Below, one piece after another: positions 45,498 through 54,908 of a stretch of 64,000 nt of DNA. A program made the translations under genes and the position numbers. Under the pieces are notes generated by a model. That model was not told the origin of the DNA, did no database searches, and was given only the letters and a program-made list of their open reading frames with translations. How positions within the stretch are numbered: position 1 is the first letter of the stretch; the number at the start of each line of letters is the position of its first letter. The DNA is from a virus, in the IMG/VR virus record IMGVR_UViG_3300044612_000719, positions 33,276 through 97,275 of that record, one strand, 5' to 3'.

Positions 45498-45718
45498 TAT
45501 TTATCCCAATTCTCATCTGTTCTTGCCAATGGGTTTAAACGTCCTGCCCCAGTGACTTTACCACTAGGAGTCAAAAAGCCTTCTGATTTAAGATGAGCCT
45601 CATAGTCAGTTGAATCACCTTGCATGTGCTTAGTGAGAGCAGAATTAAATTTGTTTCTGTAGTCATACAAACCCACTTTGCGAGCAGGATGATGCGCTGT
45701 GTCTTCTCCCCGTGCCAT
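45497..45718 (-). CDS. Hypothetical protein with MARG.D N-terminus
   Basis: MARGEDTAHHPARKV. Confidence 0.6.
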   Translation of the reverse strand: MARGEDTAHHPARKVGLYDYRNKFNSALTKHMQGDSTDYEAHLKSEGFLTPSGKVTGAGRLNPLARTDENWDK

Positions 45719-45720
45719 AA

Positions 45721-45885
45721 CTACTTACCTTTTTTCTTGCTCACGCCTGCTTCGCTCAATGCAATAGCGACAGCCTGCTTCTTAGATGTAACAACTGGTC
45801 CTTTTTTAGAACCAGAATGAAGTTCGCCCTTCTTGTACTCTTTAAGTACTTTGGCTACCTTCTCTGCTTTTTTCTTAGGCGCCAT
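45721..45885 (-). CDS. DUF6496-type small basic protein (not in ORF track)
   Basis: KVAKVLKEYKKGELHSGSKKGPVVTSKKQAVAIALSEAG. Confidence 0.75.
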   Translation of the reverse strand: MAPKKKAEKVAKVLKEYKKGELHSGSKKGPVVTSKKQAVAIALSEAGVSKKKGK

Positions 45886-45887
45886 GA

Positions 45888-46202
45888 TTAGTCTTCCGAC
45901 ATTGATGCACCACGGCGAAGTTGCGATTGGTGCTTAGAGGTTGTTGATGAGTACTTATCTTCTGGAATGACCCAACCTTGCGATTGGCTATGAACGCCAA
46001 TAGGAGTAGCGTACGAATGAACGACATAGTCAATGTCACTCAACGCTTTAATTGATGCCCTGCTACCTTCGGACATCTTTCCAAAGTTCAACTGGTCTCC
46101 AGGACCTGTGTGCGTGCGTGCGGAGAGAGCGCCATGGGATACAAAGGCTTCACGGCGACTAATCGGTTCGTATGCGTTGCGAGTACTAATTTTCTTTGCC
46201 AT
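45888..46202 (-). CDS. Hypothetical protein (YVV.SY.TPI...W......YS.TTSKHQ family)
   Basis: Recurrent actinophage motif; GGAG RBS before MAKK. Confidence 0.65.
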   Translation of the reverse strand: MAKKISTRNAYEPISRREAFVSHGALSARTHTGPGDQLNFGKMSEGSRASIKALSDIDYVVHSYATPIGVHSQSQGWVIPEDKYSSTTSKHQSQLRRGASMSED

Positions 46203-46204
46203 AA

Positions 46205-46696
46205 CTATCTCCAAGTTGGTGCTAAAGATTTAAGTTGGGAACGGCGTTGAAGGCTCATCTCTGTAGCCTCTTCACGCCTTTGGTCTCGTGAAATACCACG
46301 AGGACCGACTTTACCGTCATTAGTAAGTCGCACTGGCTCTGCACCTGTAGGCGCAAATTTCAAACCTTGTGCTTGATACTCAAGAGCAGTATAAAGATTG
46401 AACTCATCGGGCCATAGGTAATCGCCCGCATTAATGCGTTCACCTTTGTGCACACCACGTGAGTACTGGCGAGCATTCATTCGGCTAAGTGAGCCAATGA
46501 TTTTGTCCTGACGGCGGTTAGCCGACATCGTGCCAAGGTACCCATCTGGGTATTGTGTGTCAGCACCAGTTTGGTAACCCGAAAGCGCTAGGTCTTTAGC
46601 ATTGCGGAATACAGGAGCAGGACCGAATTCAGACTGCGTACTAACACCGTTTTGTGCCGCTGGAGTCATCCACGATGTAAAAGTGTTTTTGCTCAT
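46205..46696 (-). CDS. Hypothetical protein (YPDGYLGT..RR.D...Y.RGVHKGERI family)
   Basis: ORF track. Confidence 0.65.
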   Translation of the reverse strand: MSKNTFTSWMTPAAQNGVSTQSEFGPAPVFRNAKDLALSGYQTGADTQYPDGYLGTMSANRRQDKIIGSLSRMNARQYSRGVHKGERINAGDYLWPDEFNLYTALEYQAQGLKFAPTGAEPVRLTNDGKVGPRGISRDQRREEATEMSLQRRSQLKSLAPTWR

Positions 46697-46860
46697 ATGC
46701 CCGTTTGACCTTGTCCACTCGGTGTAAGCAGACCACCCATTGTACCTCCACCTAGAGGTGAGATTGGGCGCATCGTGTATCGGGCACCCCCACGTTCACC
46801 ACTCATGGATGCAGGAGTCCTACCAATAGTAGGTTTACGAGGCTTCTTCTTAGAAGCCAT
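46693..46860 (-). CDS. 55-aa basic Gly-rich protein (not in ORF track)
   Basis: MASKKKPRKP...; ATGA overlap with next gene. Confidence 0.45.
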   Translation of the reverse strand: MASKKKPRKPTIGRTPASMSGERGGARYTMRPISPLGGGTMGGLLTPSGQGQTGI

Positions 46861-46866
46861 TAAAAG

Positions 46867-47466
46867 TTATCGCTTCTCGTCCATGATTCGCTTGGTACGC
46901 ACATCCTGTGCGTCTTTTTGCATGGATGGGTTTTTCTTAACTTGTTTAGCGACAGCATCAACCCCACCAGTTTTCATGGTTTTAACTGTTTTTTTGTCAG
47001 CGGTTTCTTGATCACTGCCCATATATTCCATACCACCAGGCTTTAGCCAACTATCGTTTACACGATCATCAGCGGCTTTTGCGGCGTCATATGCCTGACC
47101 TGCCTTTGCGGACTTCGCAATTGTCTTAGGCTTATTGACATTCTTCAAAGCCTTTGCGGTACTCTTGTCTGACTTAGCCTGAGCCTTCCCTGCTGGGGAT
47201 TTTTCGTCAATCCATACCTTGCCACCATCGCCTCTGTCATGCAAGCCGATGTAAACCCTGTTAGTTACCGATGACTTGAAACTTGATGGACCTTCACGGC
47301 GAAGACCAATCTCATTGCGACCTGTTGTCTCGTTGTAACGAGTGTTTTGACCCGTTGAACGAGTTGTTTCTGGTCCAAAAGGAGTTTGAGTAGTGGAGGT
47401 TACACCATGTGGGTCGTCTCCACGACCGTAACTTGCTCCGCCACGAAGTTTGCCAAAAATACCCAT
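46867..47466 (-). CDS. Basic hypothetical protein
   Basis: ORF track, GAGG RBS. Confidence 0.6.
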   Translation of the reverse strand: MGIFGKLRGGASYGRGDDPHGVTSTTQTPFGPETTRSTGQNTRYNETTGRNEIGLRREGPSSFKSSVTNRVYIGLHDRGDGGKVWIDEKSPAGKAQAKSDKSTAKALKNVNKPKTIAKSAKAGQAYDAAKAADDRVNDSWLKPGGMEYMGSDQETADKKTVKTMKTGGVDAVAKQVKKNPSMQKDAQDVRTKRIMDEKR

Positions 47467-47468
47467 GA

Positions 47469-47759
47469 TTACCTCACCACTGGTTTGAATGAGATAGCCG
47501 AAATGGCTTCTCCGTTATCTCCAATAATATCATCAAAGCCAATAATGTAAGTGAGGTCAACACCACGTGGGGCAACAAAGCCTCTAGCAATTGCAGCGGC
47601 TTTTGCTGCTTGGTTGACTGCACTTGCACCGATGGCTCGCATCTTTGGCGATTGCCCAGCGTTTACAGCACGGGCAAGAATAGAGCCAACGCTTTGAGGG
47701 TTGCTGGAACCTGAGACTTTAAGGACGTCTTCAATTGCAGAATTAAGTTCTTGCGACAT
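47469..47759 (-). CDS. spoVS: SpoVS-family (Alba-like) protein
   Basis: VLKVSGSSNPQSVG...RAIGASAVNQAAKAAAIARGFVAPRGVDL...F.DI. Confidence 0.9.
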   Translation of the reverse strand: MSQELNSAIEDVLKVSGSSNPQSVGSILARAVNAGQSPKMRAIGASAVNQAAKAAAIARGFVAPRGVDLTYIIGFDDIIGDNGEAISAISFKPVVR

Positions 47760-47804
47760 AGTAATACTCCTAGTGGAACAGTAAGTTTAAATTGTTCCCA
47801 AAGT

Positions 47805-48170
47805 TTAGAAGTACTCTGCTTCTTTCAAGAGTTCTATCAGGTCATCTAGCCTCATCACAGCGTATGACTCACCCAACGCTTTTTCCCCTTTACCTTTCCT
47901 CTTCACAACTAGTGCAGGAACACCATCACCTAAGCGATCTGCCTGCTCTACCGTGTCATTGAGCCAGCCACTGATGTTGAATGACTTGTCGTTCTTGCAC
48001 TGGATTGCAACTTCACGTTCGGTTACACGGCGCACAATGCCATTGATGTCACCTGTGTCTTGTGCTCCAGCAAGGGCTGTTCTACGGGCGTTCTTGAAAC
48101 CTGCGCTAATCAAGTACTCCTTGACCAGAGTTTCAAACGCTGTTCCTTTGGCTTTGTGCTTATTGCCCAT
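47805..48170 (-). CDS. Holliday junction resolvase (PD-(D/E)XK)
   Basis: KAKGTAFE...ARR..LAG..D.GDI...AIQCKN...LVVKR. Confidence 0.8.
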   Translation of the reverse strand: MGNKHKAKGTAFETLVKEYLISAGFKNARRTALAGAQDTGDINGIVRRVTEREVAIQCKNDKSFNISGWLNDTVEQADRLGDGVPALVVKRKGKGEKALGESYAVMRLDDLIELLKEAEYF

Positions 48171-48567
48171 AACCCAAACTCTCTAAAGCGTCTTTACCTT
48201 TAAAACTAATCTTGTAAACACCTTGTGAACCACCAGCACGGCTTAGTCGTTTTCTAAATGTGTCAGTCAGATACCCCTCTTCTTTAAGGTGTGACACTAA
48301 TACCCACCAACCATGAGCAGTTTGGTCTAATCCTGTGTACTGACCCATTTCATCTGTGGTCATGTCTTTGTGCTCGGCGTATGCACTAAGAATTGTGTGA
48401 TAACGATTACCTTCAATGAGCACTACTTTTTCTTTGTCATCTTTTTTCTTGGTAAATACTTTGGCTTCTTTAAGCAAAGTCGTAAGTCGCTCAATTTCAT
48501 TAGCGGCTTCTACGCAATCTGCTTTCTTAGGAAAGTCAGAACGAAGTCTTTCTAGCAACGTAGGCAT
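48160..48567 (-). CDS. Winged-helix-like hypothetical protein
   Basis: MTTDE...L...GYL.DT..R.SRAG..Q.VY.I...G. Confidence 0.55.
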   Translation of the reverse strand: MPTLLERLRSDFPKKADCVEAANEIERLTTLLKEAKVFTKKKDDKEKVVLIEGNRYHTILSAYAEHKDMTTDEMGQYTGLDQTAHGWWVLVSHLKEEGYLTDTFRKRLSRAGGSQGVYKISFKGKDALESLGYGQ

Positions 48568-48569
48568 AT

Positions 48570-49361
48570 CTATTCCTTTGTGTATTTAGTGATTACAGGG
48601 TAACCAGTTAACGAGCACATCTCAAGGTCTGGAGAGATGGGGCTGGTGTAACTGCGGACAAGCAAGCGCTGTACCCAACGATCTGTACCGTCATAACGGG
48701 CTTGAAATGGTTTACGACCATGCACAGTGTTGGAGTTGTCAATGATTAAAAGATCTCCAGTAGCCAGTGCTACTTCTTGGGTGTGTTTTTCTACAGCACG
48801 CCCAAACTCTTCTAAAGCATCTTGAGCCGCCGCCGTTGTACCACGCATAACAGATTTGTCGTAGCACATGGTGCCACGCCCGTCTTTAACTCCAAGTATG
48901 GATGTAGTTACAACGGTGTCAGGCTCTCCGTTAGTTCTGAAACTCTCATCAACAGATGTTTCAAATAAAGGCATTGATAAAAGAGCAATACAAACATCGT
49001 CTAACTCAGGCAAGATGTCATGCAACTGCGCATAAGTTGTAAAGGCTTGTGGGTCACCACGCAAGCACAACAACATGATGTAGTCAGGCTTGTACGGATG
49101 GAATGCTGTCTCCGTATGTAGGTCAAGATTGACTTTGGATGACGATGAGATCTGTGAATACTCAGTCTTGGGGTTAGGCACGATGTTCTGAATCAACCTG
49201 CCGTTTTGCTCTTGCTTATAACCAACAGGGATACCGAAGTTCTTTGCGTAATGAAACATAGTGTGACGAGCAACGTGGCACGTATTCTCATCAATATGGG
49301 GTGTAATTGGTGTCGCTGGGATGGGACCAATTGGCAAATCTTTAAACAGGAAGATGGTCAT
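48570..49361 (-). CDS. Fe(II)/2-oxoglutarate dioxygenase, clavaminate synthase/AsnO-like (TauD family)
   Basis: LDLHTETAFH (H-x-E); PDYIMLLCLR; GDLLIIDN..VHGR..F.ARYDGTDRW. Confidence 0.85.
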   Translation of the reverse strand: MTIFLFKDLPIGPIPATPITPHIDENTCHVARHTMFHYAKNFGIPVGYKQEQNGRLIQNIVPNPKTEYSQISSSSKVNLDLHTETAFHPYKPDYIMLLCLRGDPQAFTTYAQLHDILPELDDVCIALLSMPLFETSVDESFRTNGEPDTVVTTSILGVKDGRGTMCYDKSVMRGTTAAAQDALEEFGRAVEKHTQEVALATGDLLIIDNSNTVHGRKPFQARYDGTDRWVQRLLVRSYTSPISPDLEMCSLTGYPVITKYTKE

Positions 49362-49882
49362 GGGTTGTATCGTGCTTGTCTGCGCTCTTGCGGAGCGATG
49401 CTGATACGGCGACTTAATTCTCGGGACAACACTTGTGCACCACGTTCACAACGCTCAAACACGGCGTCCACCATCTTGCGATATGCACGTGAGTTCAGGT
49501 GCTCTTCTTGTTGTTCAATCACTTCAGGGTCAACGTCTCTGCGTGCTTTAGCCAATGTCACTGTGTCACCTTTAGCGGTATCACTCCACTGACCGATCAA
49601 GCACTTAGCCTCAACGATCCGACAGTTGTTTGCTTGTCGTTCTTCGTTGATCTCTGCTTCAACTAATTCTGCTTTGGCGTATGACACCCATGCCATGAAC
49701 TCTCCGTAGAGAGACATCAGTTCAGCGTCTGATAACTCGTCCAGATACTGGGGTACCTGTGGCATTTCCCCCGCTGGTCGTGGGGGCATCGTGAACCTCT
49801 GATTGAACTTCTCCCTCACTGAGGAGTCGTCCTGTTGAGGTTTCGTTAGTGTCATCGGTTCTGGTCGCAGTATTGTTCGCAT
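49358..49882 (-). CDS. Helical hypothetical protein in recombination module
   Basis: ORF track; ...LSRELSRR. Confidence 0.6.
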   Translation of the reverse strand: MRTILRPEPMTLTKPQQDDSSVREKFNQRFTMPPRPAGEMPQVPQYLDELSDAELMSLYGEFMAWVSYAKAELVEAEINEERQANNCRIVEAKCLIGQWSDTAKGDTVTLAKARRDVDPEVIEQQEEHLNSRAYRKMVDAVFERCERGAQVLSRELSRRISIAPQERRQARYNP

Positions 49883-50750
49883 CGTTTTCCTTCCAGCATG
49901 TGTTTTTGTATGGGCATTGTTTGCATGTTTTATGTTCTGAGTCCGTTACCCACGCTGGACGCATGGGTGGGACTGAAGAATCTAGCGCCCGAACTACGGT
50001 TTCGCAAGCGCTAAGAATTGGGTCAACTAGTTCCTGTTGGAACTGGACTACAAACTCTTTTACTTCTTGAGTGGCTTTCCATTCATAGATAAACACCATG
50101 GTGTCAATGCCTGTGCAGTACATGTACAGCATGGCTTGACGGACGTGGGACTGGAACGGTTGGCGAATGCGCTTCCACATCTCGTCAGGGTTGCCTTCAG
50201 AATCTTTAAATATATCGTAACTCTCAAAACGAATGGTGCCAGCGCCAACACTCTTGATTTCAATGAGAAACGGCTTGTCTTTACCATTGTTGACAATACC
50301 GTCAGCATGACCAAGGATATGAAACTCTTCGTTACGTACTGGTACCTCACGGTAGACGGGATTAGGTGTTCCGCATGACGGGCACTTTTGTGGACTCAAT
50401 CCCACCCATTTGTGACCACAAATATCGCTCTTGCATTGCCACGTACCATGAAGCACACCAGCATCACGGAGCCATCCCTGCCATTTAGCGTGAATCGCAT
50501 GACCTTCTGCGAATACGTTTAAGCGTTGAAATGCAAACTTCTCGTCTGCTTTCTCGTAACCCTTGATGGTGTACCAAGACGAACGAGGGCACCAATCCTT
50601 CTTAGCAATCTCGCTTGGGTGTAGGTGAGCGGTATCCCGTGTGGAAGACAAGCGCTCTTTGATTAACTGAGCCTGCACGATAGGAAGCACCTTACCTTTG
50701 CTGGTGAGTGCCTTCTTGTACTCCTGTAAGTGCCATGGTGTTTCAGTCAT
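49722..50750 (-). CDS. Cas4-like PD-(D/E)XK exonuclease
   Basis: LHPSE...CPR...G..IH; GHADG; IEIKS; Q...YM; C-terminal CKQCPYKNTC. Confidence 0.8.
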   Translation of the reverse strand: MTETPWHLQEYKKALTSKGKVLPIVQAQLIKERLSSTRDTAHLHPSEIAKKDWCPRSSWYTIKGYEKADEKFAFQRLNVFAEGHAIHAKWQGWLRDAGVLHGTWQCKSDICGHKWVGLSPQKCPSCGTPNPVYREVPVRNEEFHILGHADGIVNNGKDKPFLIEIKSVGAGTIRFESYDIFKDSEGNPDEMWKRIRQPFQSHVRQAMLYMYCTGIDTMVFIYEWKATQEVKEFVVQFQQELVDPILSACETVVRALDSSVPPMRPAWVTDSEHKTCKQCPYKNTCWKENDANNTATRTDDTNETSTGRLLSEGEVQSEVHDAPTTSGGNATGTPVSGRVIRR

Positions 50751-51078
50751 CGTTTAATCCGCTCATCTCTAGGAAATCATCTTCAGTAAGAACTACGTAC
50801 CTACGGTTACTGAGGTCAAACTGAAGGACAGGAAGACGGTCTTCCAGAATCGCACGTTCAACTAACTCCGTTAGGTCTTTGTGTTTGAGTGTTATCTGTT
50901 TGGTATTGGTGGTGAACTTGTTTTCAATCAAGATATCGGCAGTGCGTACGTCATTCTTACGCAACCAACCTGATCCTGAACCAGCATTACGACTTCCTTT
51001 GTAGGTCTTAGCGCTTCGCTGTTCCTGCTTCTTGGAAGTTTTATTAATGGCTTTGCGGTCGTCACCACCAAGAATCAT
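50743..51078 (-). CDS. Small PD-(D/E)XK nuclease/resolvase-like protein
   Basis: SKKQE...GSG.GW..K.DV...LIENK.T. Confidence 0.65.
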   Translation of the reverse strand: MILGGDDRKAINKTSKKQEQRSAKTYKGSRNAGSGSGWLRKNDVRTADILIENKFTTNTKQITLKHKDLTELVERAILEDRLPVLQFDLSNRRYVVLTEDDFLEMSGLNDD

Positions 51079-52091
51079 TCAAGACCAAACTTTGTAAATA
51101 CTTCTTTAGTGATCTTGTCTCGGAGGTCTGCATCTTCACGAACTGCTTGGAGCACACCGTCTTTGCCTTGCCACTTCTGATCGCCGTACGAGTAGTAAGC
51201 GCCTGCACGAGTAATCAACTCATACGCAATAGCGATGTTAACAACGTCTTTAGTGGTGTCGTAGTCGCCACGGTTGAAGCCTGTGGTGTCTGCAAAGTAG
51301 TAGTCAACTACAGCAACTTGCTGTGGTCGGTATGTCTTGTTCTTCATGGTGCGAGCCTTGATCGTTTGACCAACAGTCTCGTCCTTGGCTTTGATCCACT
51401 CGTCACGCTTTACTTCAACACGGCAGAAGTAATGGAAGTTCTTAGCCTTACCACCTGGGGTAGTGCGGTTGTCTCCCCACATCACACCAATCTTCTCACG
51501 CCACTGGTTAATCATGATGCCTGTGCACTGGCGCTCGTCATGAATCAATGAGCGCTTCTGTGACTTAGAAGACTTGCGGAAGAACTTACCTGTGAGGCGA
51601 GCACCAAGACCAACAGTGAACTCTTCCATCATCTTTTCGGATTCGTCACTTGGTACGAGCGCAGGAAGTGAGTCAATCACGATCATGTCAACAGCACGGT
51701 TGTCCAACGTCTTAATGACGAGGTCATACACCTGTTCCATGATGTTGGATTCAACAACCCACAAGCGATCAAGATCTACGCCAATGCTCTTGGCATAGTC
51801 AGGCACGTACTCTTCAGCCGCAATCCATAGCGCTGTGAACTCTGGGTCAAGTGCTTGGTTAGCCGCAATGGTCTTGTATGCAAGCGCAGTCTTACCTGAA
51901 GACTCTTCACCAATGATTTCACTCCATTGGTTAGCAGGCCAACCTCCACCAAGCATGAGGTCATACGCAAGGATGCCTGTAGTGATACGTGGCATAAGTT
52001 CACGCACCTCACTACCTTTGACGATGGCTCCATCGCCGTACTTCTTGTTCATCGCATTGATGATTGAATTGAGTGACTCGTAATCAGACAT
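51075..52091 (-). CDS. recA: RecA recombinase
   Basis: TTG...D..LGGG.P; EIIGEESSGKT; IVIDSLPAL; INQWREKIGVMWG...TTPGG. Confidence 0.95.
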   Translation of the reverse strand: MSDYESLNSIINAMNKKYGDGAIVKGSEVRELMPRITTGILAYDLMLGGGWPANQWSEIIGEESSGKTALAYKTIAANQALDPEFTALWIAAEEYVPDYAKSIGVDLDRLWVVESNIMEQVYDLVIKTLDNRAVDMIVIDSLPALVPSDESEKMMEEFTVGLGARLTGKFFRKSSKSQKRSLIHDERQCTGIMINQWREKIGVMWGDNRTTPGGKAKNFHYFCRVEVKRDEWIKAKDETVGQTIKARTMKNKTYRPQQVAVVDYYFADTTGFNRGDYDTTKDVVNIAIAYELITRAGAYYSYGDQKWQGKDGVLQAVREDADLRDKITKEVFTKFGLE

Positions 52092-52478
52092 TTAAACTCC
52101 CCAACTGGATCCTTCGCCTTGTGAAAACCTACCGTTCCAACCACACGAATAACAACGTGGGGCTGGTTGTGCTCCGTTGATCATACTGTTTGATCCACGA
52201 CCTACACGACTAAATACATAAATACTTCCGCATTCTGGACAAGTAGCGTCACCTTCTTTACGAGCGGCTTCACCACCTTTCCATAAGCGCAATGCTTCAC
52301 CCATAGAGATTTGCTCTGTAGGAGCACGACTTGGATCTAACACTTCTTGGTTATGTGAATGCTGTTGCACTGGTTGCGTTGCAGGAAACTGCAATGCAGG
52401 TGTTGTTGGGGGTGTTGTGTAAGTGCGAGCAGGAGTTGGCTTATCTCCTGCAATCTTTTTACTCCACCAGTCACTCAT
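52092..52478 (-). CDS. Zinc-ribbon hypothetical protein
   Basis: CPECGS...RCYSCGW. Confidence 0.65.
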   Translation of the reverse strand: MSDWWSKKIAGDKPTPARTYTTPPTTPALQFPATQPVQQHSHNQEVLDPSRAPTEQISMGEALRLWKGGEAARKEGDATCPECGSIYVFSRVGRGSNSMINGAQPAPRCYSCGWNGRFSQGEGSSWGV

Positions 52479-52827
52479 AGTCTTCTTCCTCCAATAGGCT
52501 GTCCAACATTATTAGAATCTTCTCTGACTCTGCAAGTTTGTTTGTCAAAGCCATCCCATAGACAGTTAATACAGCGATTATCTCTTCTTTGGGGGAAACT
52601 AGTTTATCTGTTTTTTCTAGATAGTCAGCAAACCAAATAGCGCCTTCTAAGATTTCGTTATAGGTATCAGTTGCTAAAAGAACACCCCATCTAGACAAGA
52701 TGTCTGCGTGCTCTACTTCTCTTACATCTTCTGATGGTGGTGAAAACCCCATAACCTCGGCGTAGTTCTGCCCTTCAGGGACAGACATCATCAAATAGAA
52801 GTTACGCCGATCAATGTCGGATATCAC
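52471..52827 (-). CDS. Hypothetical protein
   Basis: ORF track. Confidence 0.6.
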   Translation of the reverse strand: MISDIDRRNFYLMMSVPEGQNYAEVMGFSPPSEDVREVEHADILSRWGVLLATDTYNEILEGAIWFADYLEKTDKLVSPKEEIIAVLTVYGMALTNKLAESEKILIMLDSLLEEEDYE

Positions 52828-54905
52828 TTAGCGTCCGCCCAGTTATGTGCAACGTTGCACGACACCTTGAGTGGCACCCCGTGCAAGACAACGCCGTCTC
52901 CCATGGCTTCAATAAAACGTGGCATGATGTCCTCCCAAGAGTTCTCTGGTACTGCGGTCACGATTTCGTCATGAACCTGTACCAACATCCTAGTATCAGT
53001 TCCTTGGAGGGCTTTTTCAATGTCAATCATGGCAATCTTGCAGATATCAGCCGCACTTCCCTGAACCACGGCGTTAATAGCCTGTCTCTCGGCTCTGGAG
53101 CGCTTCTCATCGTCTGTGGACTTAATATCGGGCAAACGGCGCCTACGACCTGTAAGGGTCTTTACGTAGCCTTTAGCACGGGCTTGTGAGATGACATGGC
53201 GTTTCCACTGGGTCAACCCTGCAAACTGTTCGTAGTAGCGGTTGATCATGTACTTGGCACGCTCCTCAGGGATCCCTGTAGTGCGAGCCAGTTTCATATA
53301 ACCACCGCCGTATGCAGTCAAGAAGTTCACGCCTTTACCAATCTGGCGCTCCTCACTGGTTACTTCTGAAACATCCTTGCCAAACAACAGAGCCGCCGCA
53401 CCTGCGTGAATGTCAATGTCATTGTTGAAGATGTGGATCAATTCAGGATCTTTGGAGAACATTGCCATTACTCGGAGTTCAATTTGGTCGTAGTCAGCAA
53501 CCATCAGGGTGTATCCCTCAGGAGCAATGAAGAGACTACGGATACTGGACTCACGTGGAATGTTCTGCAAGTTCGGGTTAGAAGCAGACAAGCGACCTGT
53601 TGCGGTTCGGTGCAAGTTGTATGACGGGTGCAGACGACCTTTTGACAACTTAGGCAACAACCCATCAACATACGTTGACTTCAACTTCTGCGTTTCAGAC
53701 CACTGTAGGAGCAATGTCAATGCTGGGTGTTTTGATTCCAAGCGCTTCAAAGACTCTTCGTCTACTGATGGAGCGCCACCTTTTGTTTCTTTAAAGGGCT
53801 TTAATCCCAAACCACCTTCACGCTTCTTGTTAAACAAGAACGCTTGTTTGTGCTTAGTGGAGTCAGGGTTGAAGCCAACAGGTGCGTAGTTGGACAACTC
53901 CAACAGAATGTCACGCATCTTCCCGTCCAATTCCTTACCCAGTCTCTTGAGTTGTTGAGAGTCAACTGGGATGCCTTCGTTCTCCATCTGCATGAGTACA
54001 CGCAGTACGTCAGAGTCTTGTATAACTACTCGCTTCAAGTCGTCTTGGTTTTTAATGGCATTCCATAAGCGCTCGTACAACATCCAGGTCCAGCGAGCAT
54101 CAAGATGTACATAGCGAGCCGCTACGTCAAACGGCACTTCATCAATGATCTTGCCTAACTTGCCTTCTCGGAAGTAAGCGTCATGCTTGCCGTAGTTGTT
54201 TTGAATGAGGTTCTCTAACGAATACGACATCAAGTTTTCATCTAGGGCGTGCTGTAGGAGCATGGTGTCCCTAAACGGTGCAGACGGCATCTCTTCGTAG
54301 TACTTGCTAATTGAACGAGCATCAAACTTTACGTTGTGACCTACTTTGATCAGGTCACTAAAAAACAAGGGCTTCAATGTTTCAAACACAACAGAGCGAG
54401 ACATTTGCTCTGGCGCTGGTGCGTACTCAGCAGGTATGTGATACCGAGCCTTGGCGGTGGACTCTTGACCGCTCTTGAGTACTTTGCGGTAACCCTCAGG
54501 TGGGACAGTGGTACCGTCACCAATCTCTTCAGCCTTTACTACGATGCCACGACTGTGCCCCATAGGGATAGCCCATGAGTGACCTTTAGTAGCAATGCCA
54601 ATCCAAAACACTTCGTTGCGCAAAGGATCTAGCGCAAGCATCTTTCGGTAATCACCTTCTATCTTCTCTCGTGCTTTACGAGTGATGTCAGGAGATGGGT
54701 TCTTTAGTTTGGCGACGTGCGCTTTCCATTCCTTTTCAATGTGTTCAAGAAGGTCGGGATGGCGAGAAAGGATTCCACGGGACTCAATGTCAAACGCAAA
54801 AGCCCCAACGCTTTGGATAATGGAGATGATCTCATGTAACTCTTCGGTGGTAGACACAACATGGGGCGCTTGGCGCCCCATGTCATTGCCTTTACTAGTT
54901 GTCAC
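52824..54905 (-). CDS. polA: Family A DNA polymerase with 3'-5' exonuclease (no 5'-3' exonuclease domain)
   Basis: FDIES; GHNVKFD; TATGRLS..NPNLQNIP; ADYDQIELR; R..GKGVNF...YG; QGSAAD; QVHDE. Confidence 0.95.
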   Translation of the reverse strand: MTTSKGNDMGRQAPHVVSTTEELHEIISIIQSVGAFAFDIESRGILSRHPDLLEHIEKEWKAHVAKLKNPSPDITRKAREKIEGDYRKMLALDPLRNEVFWIGIATKGHSWAIPMGHSRGIVVKAEEIGDGTTVPPEGYRKVLKSGQESTAKARYHIPAEYAPAPEQMSRSVVFETLKPLFFSDLIKVGHNVKFDARSISKYYEEMPSAPFRDTMLLQHALDENLMSYSLENLIQNNYGKHDAYFREGKLGKIIDEVPFDVAARYVHLDARWTWMLYERLWNAIKNQDDLKRVVIQDSDVLRVLMQMENEGIPVDSQQLKRLGKELDGKMRDILLELSNYAPVGFNPDSTKHKQAFLFNKKREGGLGLKPFKETKGGAPSVDEESLKRLESKHPALTLLLQWSETQKLKSTYVDGLLPKLSKGRLHPSYNLHRTATGRLSASNPNLQNIPRESSIRSLFIAPEGYTLMVADYDQIELRVMAMFSKDPELIHIFNNDIDIHAGAAALLFGKDVSEVTSEERQIGKGVNFLTAYGGGYMKLARTTGIPEERAKYMINRYYEQFAGLTQWKRHVISQARAKGYVKTLTGRRRRLPDIKSTDDEKRSRAERQAINAVVQGSAADICKIAMIDIEKALQGTDTRMLVQVHDEIVTAVPENSWEDIMPRFIEAMGDGVVLHGVPLKVSCNVAHNWADAK

Positions 54906-54908
54906 GGC

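Noticed and set aside
54400-54780. Intein or intron in the PolA exonuclease domain (two ~45-aa insertions)
   Set aside because: No C/S...HN splice motifs or endonuclease; frame is continuous, so probably lineage-specific loops
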